Below, one piece after another: positions 8,824 to 17,266 of a DNA stretch of 32,170 nucleotides. This stretch comes from a bacterium (GTDB taxonomy: Bacteria > NPL-UPA2 > JAGMAN01), in assembly GCA_023130215.1 (NCBI GenBank), contig JAGMAN010000030.1:1-32170 (forward strand). The letters are read 5' to 3'. The position numbers and the translations under genes were made by a program. Within the stretch, counting starts at the first letter, position 1; each line of letters opens with the position of its first letter. Below the pieces are notes generated by a model. It saw nothing but the letters and a program-made list of their open reading frames with translations. It had not been told where the DNA came from and ran no database searches.

Positions 8824-10203
8824 ATGGAGAAGGTAACTGTGGCGGAGATTGTTGAAGCAAGCCAGGGAGATTTAATAGCTGGTGACCTTCAACTGGTTGT
8901 TCCTAACATCTCCATCGATTCTCGTACTATAAAGGAGGGAGAATTATTTCTGGCTTTGAAGGGGCGAAGATACGATGGGCACGATTTTTTGGGGGAGGCA
9001 CTGGGGGAAGGAGCTATGGGGGCCATTCTCAGCCACCGGCCCCGAGGCTTCGGTCAGAAGGCACAAGCTACTATTATCCAGGTTAGCGATACCTTAAAAG
9101 CTCTCCAGGATATCGCTCATTATTATCGGAAAAAGTTTGACCTGCCCATAGTGGCGGTAACGGGGTCGAACGGCAAGACGACTACCAAGGACATGATAGC
9201 AGGCATCCTGTCTAAGAGGCTCCACACCTTGAAAGCACAATCCAGCTTCAATAACCATGTGGGGGTCTCTTTAACCTTACTTCACCTCTCGAGCTCGCAC
9301 CAGGCAGCAGTTTTAGAGATAGGGATGAGTGCTCCAGGCGAGATTGCTCAACTTGCCGGACTGGTCGAGCCAACTATGGGAGTGATCACCAATGTGGGGC
9401 CAGCCCATTTGGAACTGTTTACCGATATCGAGGAAATTGCTGAGGCCAAAGGAGAGTTGGTGGACAGTCTAAGCGAGAAGGGGACAGTCATCTTGAATAG
9501 AGACGATGATCGGGTCTGGGCTATGGCCGGGAGGGTTAAAGGAAACCTGATCAGCTTCGGGATAAGGCGCAAGGCTGACTTTCAAGCGACTGAGATCAGA
9601 TGCCTGCCGGATGGGCGATCTGAATTTACCTTGAACGGAGAAGTGAGGATTAAATTGCCCCTCCTCGGATATGTTAATATTTACAATGCTGTGGCTGCTG
9701 CAGGGGCCTGTTCTCTCTTTCGGCTGGATTTGAGTGTAGTTAAGGAAGGGTTGGAGAGCTTCAAGGGGCCGGCCATGCGAATGCAGATTCTTTCCCTGGG
9801 CAAAGTCAAAGTCATTAACGATGCCTATAATGCTAACCCGGAATCGATGAAGATGGCTCTTCAGTTCCTCAGTGGTCTTCACACTGGCGGGAGGAAGATA
9901 GCCGTCTTAGGAGATATGCTGGAATTAGGGAAATGGGGTAAGAGAATGCACCGGGAACTGGGAAAATTAGCCGCGACATCTTGTCAGGTTTTAGTCACCG
10001 CAGGCAAACTTTCTCAAGAATTAGCTGAGGAGGCAACTGCATCCGGTATGAAGGATGTCTTCATCTGCCGGAATAGTGAAGAGGCAGGGAAGAAACTTGC
10101 TGAAATTATTGAGTTAGGTGATACTATCTTAATCAAGGGGTCAAGGGCAATGAGGATGGAGGAAGTTATCAATGTTCTATCATCTCTATCCGCTTCTACG
10201 TGA
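8824..10203 (+). CDS. murF: UDP-MurNAc-tripeptide:D-Ala-D-Ala ligase
   Basis: Mur ligase P-loop AVTGSNGKTTTK and DAYNANP. Position after murE. Confidence 0.95.
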   Translation: MEKVTVAEIVEASQGDLIAGDLQLVVPNISIDSRTIKEGELFLALKGRRYDGHDFLGEALGEGAMGAILSHRPRGFGQKAQATIIQVSDTLKALQDIAHYYRKKFDLPIVAVTGSNGKTTTKDMIAGILSKRLHTLKAQSSFNNHVGVSLTLLHLSSSHQAAVLEIGMSAPGEIAQLAGLVEPTMGVITNVGPAHLELFTDIEEIAEAKGELVDSLSEKGTVILNRDDDRVWAMAGRVKGNLISFGIRRKADFQATEIRCLPDGRSEFTLNGEVRIKLPLLGYVNIYNAVAAAGACSLFRLDLSVVKEGLESFKGPAMRMQILSLGKVKVINDAYNANPESMKMALQFLSGLHTGGRKIAVLGDMLELGKWGKRMHRELGKLAATSCQVLVTAGKLSQELAEEATASGMKDVFICRNSEEAGKKLAEIIELGDTILIKGSRAMRMEEVINVLSSLSAST

Positions 10204-11278
10204 AGTTTTTTCTCCCTTAAATGTCCTGCGCTATATCACTTTTCGGGCTGCCCTGGCCGCGGTAACTGCTCTCTTCTTGAGTCTTGTCTTAGGACCTTTG
10301 GTCATAAGGAAACTGGGCAAGTTCAAAGTGAGGGAGAGAATCGGCAAGGAAGCTTGCCCGGAGCTTCGCGCTCTTCATCAGGGCAAGGAAGGGACTCCCA
10401 CCATGGGCGGAGTTCTCATATTGTTGAGCCTCCTCTTCCCCACCCTCCTCTGGGCAGACCTCAGCAACAGGTTCATTCTCTTAATTTTAGCCTGCACTGT
10501 CTGGTTAGGTATTTTAGGGTTCATTGATGACCGGATAAAATTGGTTAGCGTAGCTAAGGAGCGCTCCCGCGGGTTAAGGGCGGCCACTAAGCTTACCGGT
10601 CAGCTTGGATTAGGCCTGCTCATTGGCTTATATCTTTATTATCATCCTCTTCACCCGGAGCACGGAACTGAGCTTACCTTCCCCTTCTTAAAGAATTTAT
10701 TCCTCCCCTTAGGCTGGCTTTACATTCCCTTCGTTATGTTAGTCATTGTAGCTACCTCAAATGCAGTGAATCTCACCGATGGGTTAGATGGTTTGGCCAT
10801 CGGCTGTGTGGCAGTGGCCGCGGCGGCCTATGCTGGGATGAGCTATGTATGCGGACATGTTAAGTTCAGCGAGTATCTGAATATAGTCCACATCGTCGGC
10901 AGCGGGGAGCTGAGTATCTTCTGCGCCGCTGTCGTTGGAGCCGGGCTTGGTTTCCTCTGGTTTAATAGCTATCCGGCCCAGATCTTCATGGGGGACACTG
11001 GTTCCCTGGCTTTGGGTGGAGCATTAGGGGTAGTTGCCATTGTCATTAAACATGAAATATTGTTGTTAGTGGTGGGCGGAGTCTTCGTCCTGGAAGCCCT
11101 CTCGGTGATCATCCAGGTGGTCTCCTATAGGTTTCGGCGCAAGAGGGTATTCATGGTGGCGCCCTTACATCACCATTTTGAACTGCGGGGCTGGGCTGAA
11201 CCGAAAGTTATCGTTAGATTCTGGATCTTAGCCGTCATCCTGGCCCTGCTTAGTTTGAGCACTCTGAAACTGCGATGA
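10172..11278 (+). CDS. mraY: Phospho-MurNAc-pentapeptide translocase
   Basis: Polytopic membrane protein with NAVNLTDGLDGLA, MGDTGSLALGG and APLHHHFE motifs. Confidence 0.95.
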   Translation: MFYHLYPLLREVFSPLNVLRYITFRAALAAVTALFLSLVLGPLVIRKLGKFKVRERIGKEACPELRALHQGKEGTPTMGGVLILLSLLFPTLLWADLSNRFILLILACTVWLGILGFIDDRIKLVSVAKERSRGLRAATKLTGQLGLGLLIGLYLYYHPLHPEHGTELTFPFLKNLFLPLGWLYIPFVMLVIVATSNAVNLTDGLDGLAIGCVAVAAAAYAGMSYVCGHVKFSEYLNIVHIVGSGELSIFCAAVVGAGLGFLWFNSYPAQIFMGDTGSLALGGALGVVAIVIKHEILLLVVGGVFVLEALSVIIQVVSYRFRRKRVFMVAPLHHHFELRGWAEPKVIVRFWILAVILALLSLSTLKLR

Positions 11279-12657
11279 TAGAGCTTCAAGGTGAGAGGGC
11301 AACGGTGATTGGCTTAGGCAGAAGTGGTTTGGCCGCCGCTAAGCTTCTTCATGATCTGGGGGCCAGGGTTACTGTCACTGAAAATAGTGAGAACGAAGAG
11401 ATTAAAAAAAGAGTTAGGGAACTCAGGGGAAAAGGCATCCAGGTAGAAATAGGAGGACATAGCCGGGAGGTAGTCTTAGGGTCCGCTCTTATAGTGGCCA
11501 GTCCGGGAGTTCCTCCGGATTCAGCTCCTCTTCAATTGGCCAGGGAGAAGGGCGTTGAGGTCATCAGCGAGCTGGAATTGGGTGCCCGTTTCTGTCCGGG
11601 TCGCATTATCGGCGTTACGGGCACCAATGGTAAGTCAACGACAGTCACGCTAATTGCGGAAATCTTTAAGGCAAATGGTGGCCGGGCACTGGTAGCTGGC
11701 AACATCGGAATCCCCATATGCAGTTTAGCAGATAGAATTAGGGAGGAGGATATAGTGGTGCTTGAGGTGAGCAGTTTCCAATTAGAGACAATAAAAGATT
11801 TTAAACCCTTTGTCTCCGTTCTGCTTAACCTGACTCCAGACCATCTAAACAGATATAATGGTTCCTTCTCTCAGTATTTGGAGGTGAAGAAGCGCATTTT
11901 CACCAATCAAGATGGGGAAGATTTCGCCGTGCTTAACCGGGATGATACCGGGGTCCGTAGCCTTTCCTCCCAAATAAAGACCAGGGTCGTCTTCTTCAGT
12001 CAGCGCGAGGAGCTTAGGGAAGGAGCATTCTTGAAAGGAGGTATAATCACCGTTAGATGGGACGGGAAAGAGGTAAATATTCTTCCTCTTGAGGAGATAG
12101 GACTTCATAATTTAGAGAATGCACTTGCGGCAGCGGCGGTGGCTATCATCCTCGGGCTGAATCCAGTGGGGATAGGTCAAGGTTTGAGAGGATTTTCTGG
12201 TTTAGAGCACCGATTAGAGCCGGTGGCCGAAATTAAAGGAGTTAAATTTATAAATGACTCTAAAGGGACCAATGTGGGAGCGGTAGCCAGGTCTTTGGAG
12301 AGCTTGACCGGGCCAGCGATCCTCATTGCTGGAGGACGTGATAAGGGAGCCGATTATTCTGTTTTGAAGACATCCGTTGAGGAGAGGGTGAAGGCTCTCA
12401 TTCTTTTAGGTGAGGCCAAGACTAAGATTAAAAAATCCTTGGCCGGGACTGTTCCCATTGCGGAAGTGGACTCCATGAAAGAGGCGGTCAAACTTTCCTG
12501 CTCCTTAGCTCAGCCGGGAGATACTGTGCTCCTTTCCCCTGCCTGCTCCAGCTTCGATATGTTCAAGAACTTTGAGGAAAGAGGAAAGGTCTTTAAAGAA
12601 CTGGTCAAGAGACTCAATGAAGAAAAACCTCACATAATTTGCCATGACCAAAAGTAG
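11275..12657 (+). CDS. murD: UDP-MurNAc-L-Ala:D-Glu ligase
   Basis: N-terminal Rossmann motif GLGRSGLAAA and P-loop GVTGTNGKST. ATGA overlap with mraY. Confidence 0.95.
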   Translation: MIELQGERATVIGLGRSGLAAAKLLHDLGARVTVTENSENEEIKKRVRELRGKGIQVEIGGHSREVVLGSALIVASPGVPPDSAPLQLAREKGVEVISELELGARFCPGRIIGVTGTNGKSTTVTLIAEIFKANGGRALVAGNIGIPICSLADRIREEDIVVLEVSSFQLETIKDFKPFVSVLLNLTPDHLNRYNGSFSQYLEVKKRIFTNQDGEDFAVLNRDDTGVRSLSSQIKTRVVFFSQREELREGAFLKGGIITVRWDGKEVNILPLEEIGLHNLENALAAAAVAIILGLNPVGIGQGLRGFSGLEHRLEPVAEIKGVKFINDSKGTNVGAVARSLESLTGPAILIAGGRDKGADYSVLKTSVEERVKALILLGEAKTKIKKSLAGTVPIAEVDSMKEAVKLSCSLAQPGDTVLLSPACSSFDMFKNFEERGKVFKELVKRLNEEKPHIICHDQK

Positions 12658-13759
12658 TTGTTTACTTTTTCTCCTTACCTTCACCTTGGTGAGCATTGGA
12701 CTGGTGGCCATCTACTCTACCAGTGCAATTTCCGCTGAGGAGAAATATGGGGACAGCGCCCATTTTTTGAAGAGGCAACTCATGTGGACGGGATTGGGTT
12801 TAGCTTTTATGTTGATAGCCATGGTGACTAAATATGAGCTCCTTAAGGTTTTGAGCAAACCATTGCTTCTTCTGTCTGTGCTTCTTCTCATCATGGTCCT
12901 ACTGCCTCAGTTCGGGAAAGAGGCGGGAGGAGCCAGACGGTGGCTGAGGTTAGGGAGGTTTAGCTTTCAGCCATCAGAGATGGCCAAACTGGCTCTCATC
13001 CTCTATCTTTCTGCGTATTTAGCCAGGAAACAGGACAGAGTCAAGGAGCTTTGGCGAGGGCTGCTTGCGCCTCTGTTGGTTCTGGGAGTGGTAACCGGAC
13101 TTATCCTGCTTCAGCCAGATCTGGGAACCGGTCTCCTTATAGGGATGGTCTCTCTTATACTCCTCTTCGTGGCTGGAGTGAGGATAATTTATTTGGCCGG
13201 GATAGGCTTCTCTTCGCTGCCCGCTCTCTATCTCTTAATCTTCCGGGTCCCTTACCGTCAGCGCAGAATCTTAGCTTTCCTGGATCCCTGGAAGGACCCA
13301 AAGGGCGCTGGCTATCAGATCACTCAATCATTTATGGCTCTTGGTTCTGGAGGACTGGATGGAATTGGTTTGGGAGAGAGCCGGCAGAAGCTATTTTATC
13401 TTCCGGCTGCCTACACTGATTTCATCTACTCCATCATCGGGGAGGAACTGGGCTTCATGGCAACGGCAGCCATCGTTATTCTCTTTCTGCTCTTCATCTG
13501 GACGGGGATGAGGATTGCATTTCGGGCCCCTGACCTATTTGGTCACTTATTGGGAGTCGGGATTACCGCGGCCATTGGCGGACAGGCAATTATCAATATG
13601 GGAGTGGCTACCGGCTCACTGCCCACCAAAGGAATCCCTCTTCCTTTCATCAGTTTTGGGGGCTCTTCTCTTCTGATGAATATGGTGGGAGTGGGACTGC
13701 TGATGAATATATCTCGGCATTCAGGAGTTTCAAAATTAAAGACTAAAAACCAAAAGTGA
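12644..13759 (+). CDS. ftsW: SEDS-family peptidoglycan glycosyltransferase / division protein FtsW
   Basis: About 10 TM segments and the FtsW/RodA/SpoVE hallmarks RWLRLGRFSFQPSE and LPTKGIPLPFISFGGSS. The dcw position favours FtsW over RodA. Confidence 0.9.
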   Translation: MTKSSCLLFLLTFTLVSIGLVAIYSTSAISAEEKYGDSAHFLKRQLMWTGLGLAFMLIAMVTKYELLKVLSKPLLLLSVLLLIMVLLPQFGKEAGGARRWLRLGRFSFQPSEMAKLALILYLSAYLARKQDRVKELWRGLLAPLLVLGVVTGLILLQPDLGTGLLIGMVSLILLFVAGVRIIYLAGIGFSSLPALYLLIFRVPYRQRRILAFLDPWKDPKGAGYQITQSFMALGSGGLDGIGLGESRQKLFYLPAAYTDFIYSIIGEELGFMATAAIVILFLLFIWTGMRIAFRAPDLFGHLLGVGITAAIGGQAIINMGVATGSLPTKGIPLPFISFGGSSLLMNMVGVGLLMNISRHSGVSKLKTKNQK

Positions 13760-13778
13760 TTTCAACTGGTGAAAGTCT

Positions 13779-14963
13779 GTGACTTTGAAAATAGTGATTG
13801 TGGCTGGGGGGACGGGAGGGCATCTATTCCCTGGCTTGGTCATAGCTGAGAAGCTGAAGCAGGGGGAAGTAGGATGCGCCATTACCTTCATCGGGAGGAG
13901 GAGAGGTTTGGAAGCCGAGACTGTGCCCAGGGAAGGATTTGCATATCTTAATATATTGGGCGAGGGATGGTTGGGGAAATCTCCGGGAAGGCTTCTTTCA
14001 TCTGTGATAAAGACCCTCTTGGGATTTTTCCAATCTATCTATATCTTGTTAAGGCTTCGGCCGAATGTCGTCGTGGGAATGGGGGGATATCTATCCGGAC
14101 CATTCGTCTTGGCAGCCTCTCTCCTTGCCAGGCTGTCACGAAACCCGTTCCAGCCAAGGCGGCACTTTCACGGCGTCCTATTTCACACCTTGATCCATGA
14201 GCAAAACCTGATGCCGGGTATTACCAATCGCATCCTGAGCAGGTTTGTTAATGAAGTCAATGTAAGTTTTGCTGAGTCAATGCCGTTTTTCCCAAATGGA
14301 AAAGCAGTCTTTACCGGCAATCCTGTTCGCGGTGAAATCGTCCGGAGTCAAAAAAGGAAGAGTGAAAGTGCAAAGACGATATTAGTAATGGGAGGAAGTC
14401 GAGGGGCACATCGGATAAATGTATCTATGTTGGAGGCGGTTAATTACTTGACACGTAAGAGTGCTGCCTTTAGGGCTGTCCGCAGGACGTCCTTTAGGGC
14501 TGCAAGCGAAGAAAAGGTGGGGTCTTATAGTGTAATTCACTTAAGCGGCAGGGAAGATTATCAACTTGTGGTGGAGACCTATAAAAAGGCTGGGGTAGAA
14601 GCAGTGGTCTATCCATTCCTTCACCGGATGGAAGAGGCATACAGTCAGGCTGACCTGGTCATCTGCCGGGCTGGTGCCACTACCTTAGCTGAAGTTACTG
14701 CCTGTGGGCTGCCGGCTATTCTTATCCCTTACCCATGGGCTACCCACCATCATCAGGAGCAAAATGCCCGCTGGCTGGAAGGCAGTGGGGCAGCAGTGAT
14801 AATAGAGGACTGGGAGTTAACCGGGGAGTGCTTAGCCGGGGCCATTTTGAACTTATTGGCCGAGGAGGGGAAACTCTCCCGGATGGCTGAGAACAGCCGT
14901 CGGTTAGGTAGACCGAAAGCGGCTGAAAAAGTGGTGGAGAGAATCCTGCGCCTGGCAAGTTAG
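13779..14963 (+). CDS. murG: UDP-GlcNAc:lipid I GlcNAc transferase MurG (carries two in-frame insertions)
   Basis: GTG start. GT28 hallmarks are AGGTGGHLFPG, GMGGYLSGP, HEQN and CRAGATTLAEV..GLPAILIPYP. It is 394 aa; E. coli MurG is about 355 aa. Confidence 0.9.
   Translation: MTLKIVIVAGGTGGHLFPGLVIAEKLKQGEVGCAITFIGRRRGLEAETVPREGFAYLNILGEGWLGKSPGRLLSSVIKTLLGFFQSIYILLRLRPNVVVGMGGYLSGPFVLAASLLARLSRNPFQPRRHFHGVLFHTLIHEQNLMPGITNRILSRFVNEVNVSFAESMPFFPNGKAVFTGNPVRGEIVRSQKRKSESAKTILVMGGSRGAHRINVSMLEAVNYLTRKSAAFRAVRRTSFRAASEEKVGSYSVIHLSGREDYQLVVETYKKAGVEAVVYPFLHRMEEAYSQADLVICRAGATTLAEVTACGLPAILIPYPWATHHHQEQNARWLEGSGAAVIIEDWELTGECLAGAILNLLAEEGKLSRMAENSRRLGRPKAAEKVVERILRLAS
14130..14183 (+). other. 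In-frame 54-nt (18-aa, RLSRNPFQPRRHFHGVLF) extra segment in MurG just before the HEQN motif
   Basis: By-eye alignment with E. coli MurG (..[16 protein letters not shown]) against ..LAASLLA[RLSRNPFQPRRHFHGVLF]HTLIHEQN. The boundaries are approximate. Confidence 0.6.
14451..14510 (+). repeat. 60-nt dispersed repeat, copy A (in frame inside murG, encodes TRKSAAFRAVRRTSFRAASE)
   Basis: ACACGTAAGAGTGCTGCCTTTAGGGCTGTCCGCAGGACGTCCTTTAGGGCTGCAAGCGAA. It is nearly identical to 17267..17326 and 23330..23389. It contains the 12-mer CCTTTAGGGCTG twice and the palindrome GGACGTCC. Confidence 0.95.
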
Positions 14964-14990
14964 CTCGGCTATCGCCTCGCAACTTACTAT

Positions 14991-15019
14991 CGTATGGGAA
15001 ATTTATAATTTCCTATACG
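14991..15019 (+). other. Inverted repeat / hairpin downstream of murG (11-bp stem with one G-U pair, 7-nt loop)
   Basis: CGTATGGGAAA-tttataa-TTTCCTATACG. No T-tract follows, so it is not a canonical intrinsic terminator. Confidence 0.3.
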
Positions 15020-15042
15020 GCAAGAAAATGTTAAATACGATG

Positions 15043-15056
15043 AGGCAGTACTGCCT
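15043..15056 (+). promoter_or_regulatory. Perfect 14-bp palindrome AGGCAGTACTGCCT, 20 nt upstream of the first cassette gene (possible operator or junction site)
   Basis: The sequence is self-complementary. A 10/11 match, ATAGGCAGCAC, occurs at the other cassette boundary (19214..19224). Confidence 0.25.
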
Positions 15057-15075
15057 ATGGCTGTATTGATGAATC

Positions 15076-16122
15076 ATGATCAGGCATAAAAAGAATCCAC
15101 TTATTACCCCACACATGGTCGCACCGACTGTGCCCGAGCTTGAAGTAATGGGAGCTTTCAATGCGGGGGCAACTGTTTACCGGGACCAGGTTATACTGCT
15201 TGTGCGAATTTCCGAGCGATGCAAGGTAGAGCCAGGGGGCATCGGTGTTCCACTTTACCGTTTCGAAGATAGCAGGAGCAGACTTGAGATCGCCCGTTTC
15301 AAGCATGGCGATCCTGACGTTCAACTTAAGGATACTCGTGGTGTTGTATATAAGGGCATTGATTATCTCTCGACGCTTAGCACAATCCGTGTCGCCAGAA
15401 GTGCTGACGGGATTAATTTTAGCGTTGACGCTCAGCCGCTTCTGTATCCCTGTACGCCGAGTGAGCAGTACGGGTGCGAGGATGCGCGAGTAGTGAAGAT
15501 CGAAGGCGAGTATTACATTAACTACACAGCAATATCCCGAGACGGGTGGGCCACAGCGCTGTGTACTACGCAGGATTTCAAATCCGTTTTTAGGAAAGGT
15601 ATTATCTTCTATCCGCCGAACAAGGACGTTTGCCTCTTTCCGGAAAAAATCCGAGGAAGGTACTGGGCGCTACACAGGCCGCACAACGAAGGTTTCGGCA
15701 AGCCATCAATATGGATTTCATCATCGCCTAATCTTCTTGACTGGGGAGAACATCAGTGCCTGATCCGCCCGCGGAACAACGAGTGGGAACGGATAAAGAT
15801 AGGGGGTGGCGCCGCTCCCATAAAGACAGACAAGGGTTGGCTCGAGATATGTCATGGCAAAGGCGACAATTCTGTGTACTACCTGTTCACGCTCCTGCTT
15901 GACCTGGAAGATCCAGCGCGGGTTGTCGCAAGAGGCGAGAAACCGTTTCTGGCTCCTGAAGAGGATTATGAAACCAGTGGGTTCTTCCCCAACATCGTTT
16001 TCTCGAACGGGCTTGTTGAGCGCCCGAATGGAGAGATCTACCTCTACTACGGTGCGTGCGACGAAACTACGAATCTGATTATAACCAGCGTTGACGAGTT
16101 GCTGGCAGACTTGAATACGTAA
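15076..16122 (+). CDS. GH130-family protein (PF04041-like; predicted beta-mannoside phosphorylase/glycosidase), paralogue 1
   Basis: 348 aa. The family blocks GCEDARV, NKDVCLFPEKIRGRYWALHRP, GGGAAPIKTDKGWLEICHG, LLLDLEDPARV, PNIVFSNG and YYGACD align with the two downstream paralogues. There is no signal peptide. Confidence 0.75.
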   Translation: MIRHKKNPLITPHMVAPTVPELEVMGAFNAGATVYRDQVILLVRISERCKVEPGGIGVPLYRFEDSRSRLEIARFKHGDPDVQLKDTRGVVYKGIDYLSTLSTIRVARSADGINFSVDAQPLLYPCTPSEQYGCEDARVVKIEGEYYINYTAISRDGWATALCTTQDFKSVFRKGIIFYPPNKDVCLFPEKIRGRYWALHRPHNEGFGKPSIWISSSPNLLDWGEHQCLIRPRNNEWERIKIGGGAAPIKTDKGWLEICHGKGDNSVYYLFTLLLDLEDPARVVARGEKPFLAPEEDYETSGFFPNIVFSNGLVERPNGEIYLYYGACDETTNLIITSVDELLADLNT

Positions 16123-16137
16123 TGTGAGGGTGGAAAG

Positions 16138-17265
16138 ATGAGAATAGGAATAGTATCAACATATCCGCCAATCGAGTGCGGGATAGGGACTTACTCTCAG
16201 TACTTGACAGGCGCATTGAGGCAGATAGGAAATGAAGTATATATTTTCAGTCAGTACGGGGGTAAAGGTGATTATGTTTTCGGCACCTACTCACCGCAGG
16301 AGGAGAGCATCGCGGCGGAGATTTTCGAGATGGCTTCTAAGATGACGCCGGACGTGCTTCATGTTCAGCATGAGTTTGGTCTTTACGGCCACCCCAGCAG
16401 GAAACAGGTTGTGGAGCTGGTCCTTATGTCCCGCCGTGTCACCGATCTCCCGACAGTGGTGACGTTTCACACCGTGCGTGAGAAGTTTATACCCGAGCAG
16501 GAGCAGGTCGTCAGTTTAGTAATGCAGGAAAGCAGTGCGATTATTGTTCACGAAGAGTATTACAAGAAAATACTGACTGAACACTTCGGGCATGCTGACA
16601 AGATTCATGTAATTCCGCATGGCGTACGCGAAATGGAGGAAGTTACTGACGCGCGCAAGAAAATAGGTGTTGAAGGAAAGAAGGTTATTCTCCTGTGCGG
16701 GTACCTGCGTGAGACTAAACGTTTCGACAGGGTTGTGAAAATTTTTCCGAAGGTAGCCAAAGCTGTGGATGACGCCGTTCTGGTTATTGCGTCTAAGTCG
16801 CGCAGTGTGGATCATCCGGAGTATCAGAGAAAGCTGTACAGGATGATTGAAGAATCACCCGCGACTGACAGGATTATGGTTCTTCATGGGCAGTTTCCGC
16901 AGCACATCTTTGACACGATAGTGTCCGCGGCACACGTTGTGCCCTTCCCCTATGAAGCGGGCGGGCAAAGCGGTACTATGGCGCATTGCTTTGCGTTCAG
17001 GAAACCGGTGGTTACTTCCGACCTCAGGTCTTTTAAGAATTGGATTGAGGAGTCACAGGGCGGTCTTGTGGCCAGTTCCGACGAAGAACTCGCAGATCAC
17101 ATCATCAGAATATTGACGGACGATAAGTTGAGCGAGTCTCTGCGCAGAAACATTGACAGGTTTGTCAGCAAAAAGGTTTCGTGGAGGATCGTGGCCGGCC
17201 AGCATATTGATGTTTATGAGAAATACGCGTGGCGGCCCACGCCCAGGTCGAGGTATTTCGGGTAG
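16138..17265 (+). CDS. GT4-family (GT-B fold, group 1) glycosyltransferase
   Basis: 375 aa. N-terminus MRIGIVSTYPPIECGIGTY and a C-terminal nucleotide-sugar-binding region (PYEAGGQSGTMAHCFAFRKPVVTSD). SD GAGGGTGGA precedes the ATG. No TM segment or signal peptide. Confidence 0.8.
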   Translation: MRIGIVSTYPPIECGIGTYSQYLTGALRQIGNEVYIFSQYGGKGDYVFGTYSPQEESIAAEIFEMASKMTPDVLHVQHEFGLYGHPSRKQVVELVLMSRRVTDLPTVVTFHTVREKFIPEQEQVVSLVMQESSAIIVHEEYYKKILTEHFGHADKIHVIPHGVREMEEVTDARKKIGVEGKKVILLCGYLRETKRFDRVVKIFPKVAKAVDDAVLVIASKSRSVDHPEYQRKLYRMIEESPATDRIMVLHGQFPQHIFDTIVSAAHVVPFPYEAGGQSGTMAHCFAFRKPVVTSDLRSFKNWIEESQGGLVASSDEELADHIIRILTDDKLSESLRRNIDRFVSKKVSWRIVAGQHIDVYEKYAWRPTPRSRYFG

Positions 17266-17266
17266 A

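Noticed and set aside
13051-13419. 122-aa same-strand alternative-frame ORF inside ftsW
   Set aside because: It is embedded out of frame in a clear SEDS-family gene and its product is an R/S/G-rich low-complexity sequence.
14163-14374. 10-nt inverted match GCACTTTCAC (about 14163) and GTGAAAGTGC (about 14365) within murG
   Set aside because: It is a single short match about 200 nt apart inside coding sequence. The flanking bases do not extend the pairing convincingly, and there is no independent support for a structure.
14991-15019. Hairpin after murG as an intrinsic terminator isolating the cassette
   Set aside because: The stem is AT-rich, contains a G-U pair and is not followed by a T-tract on either strand. 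I list it as an inverted repeat but do not call it a terminator.
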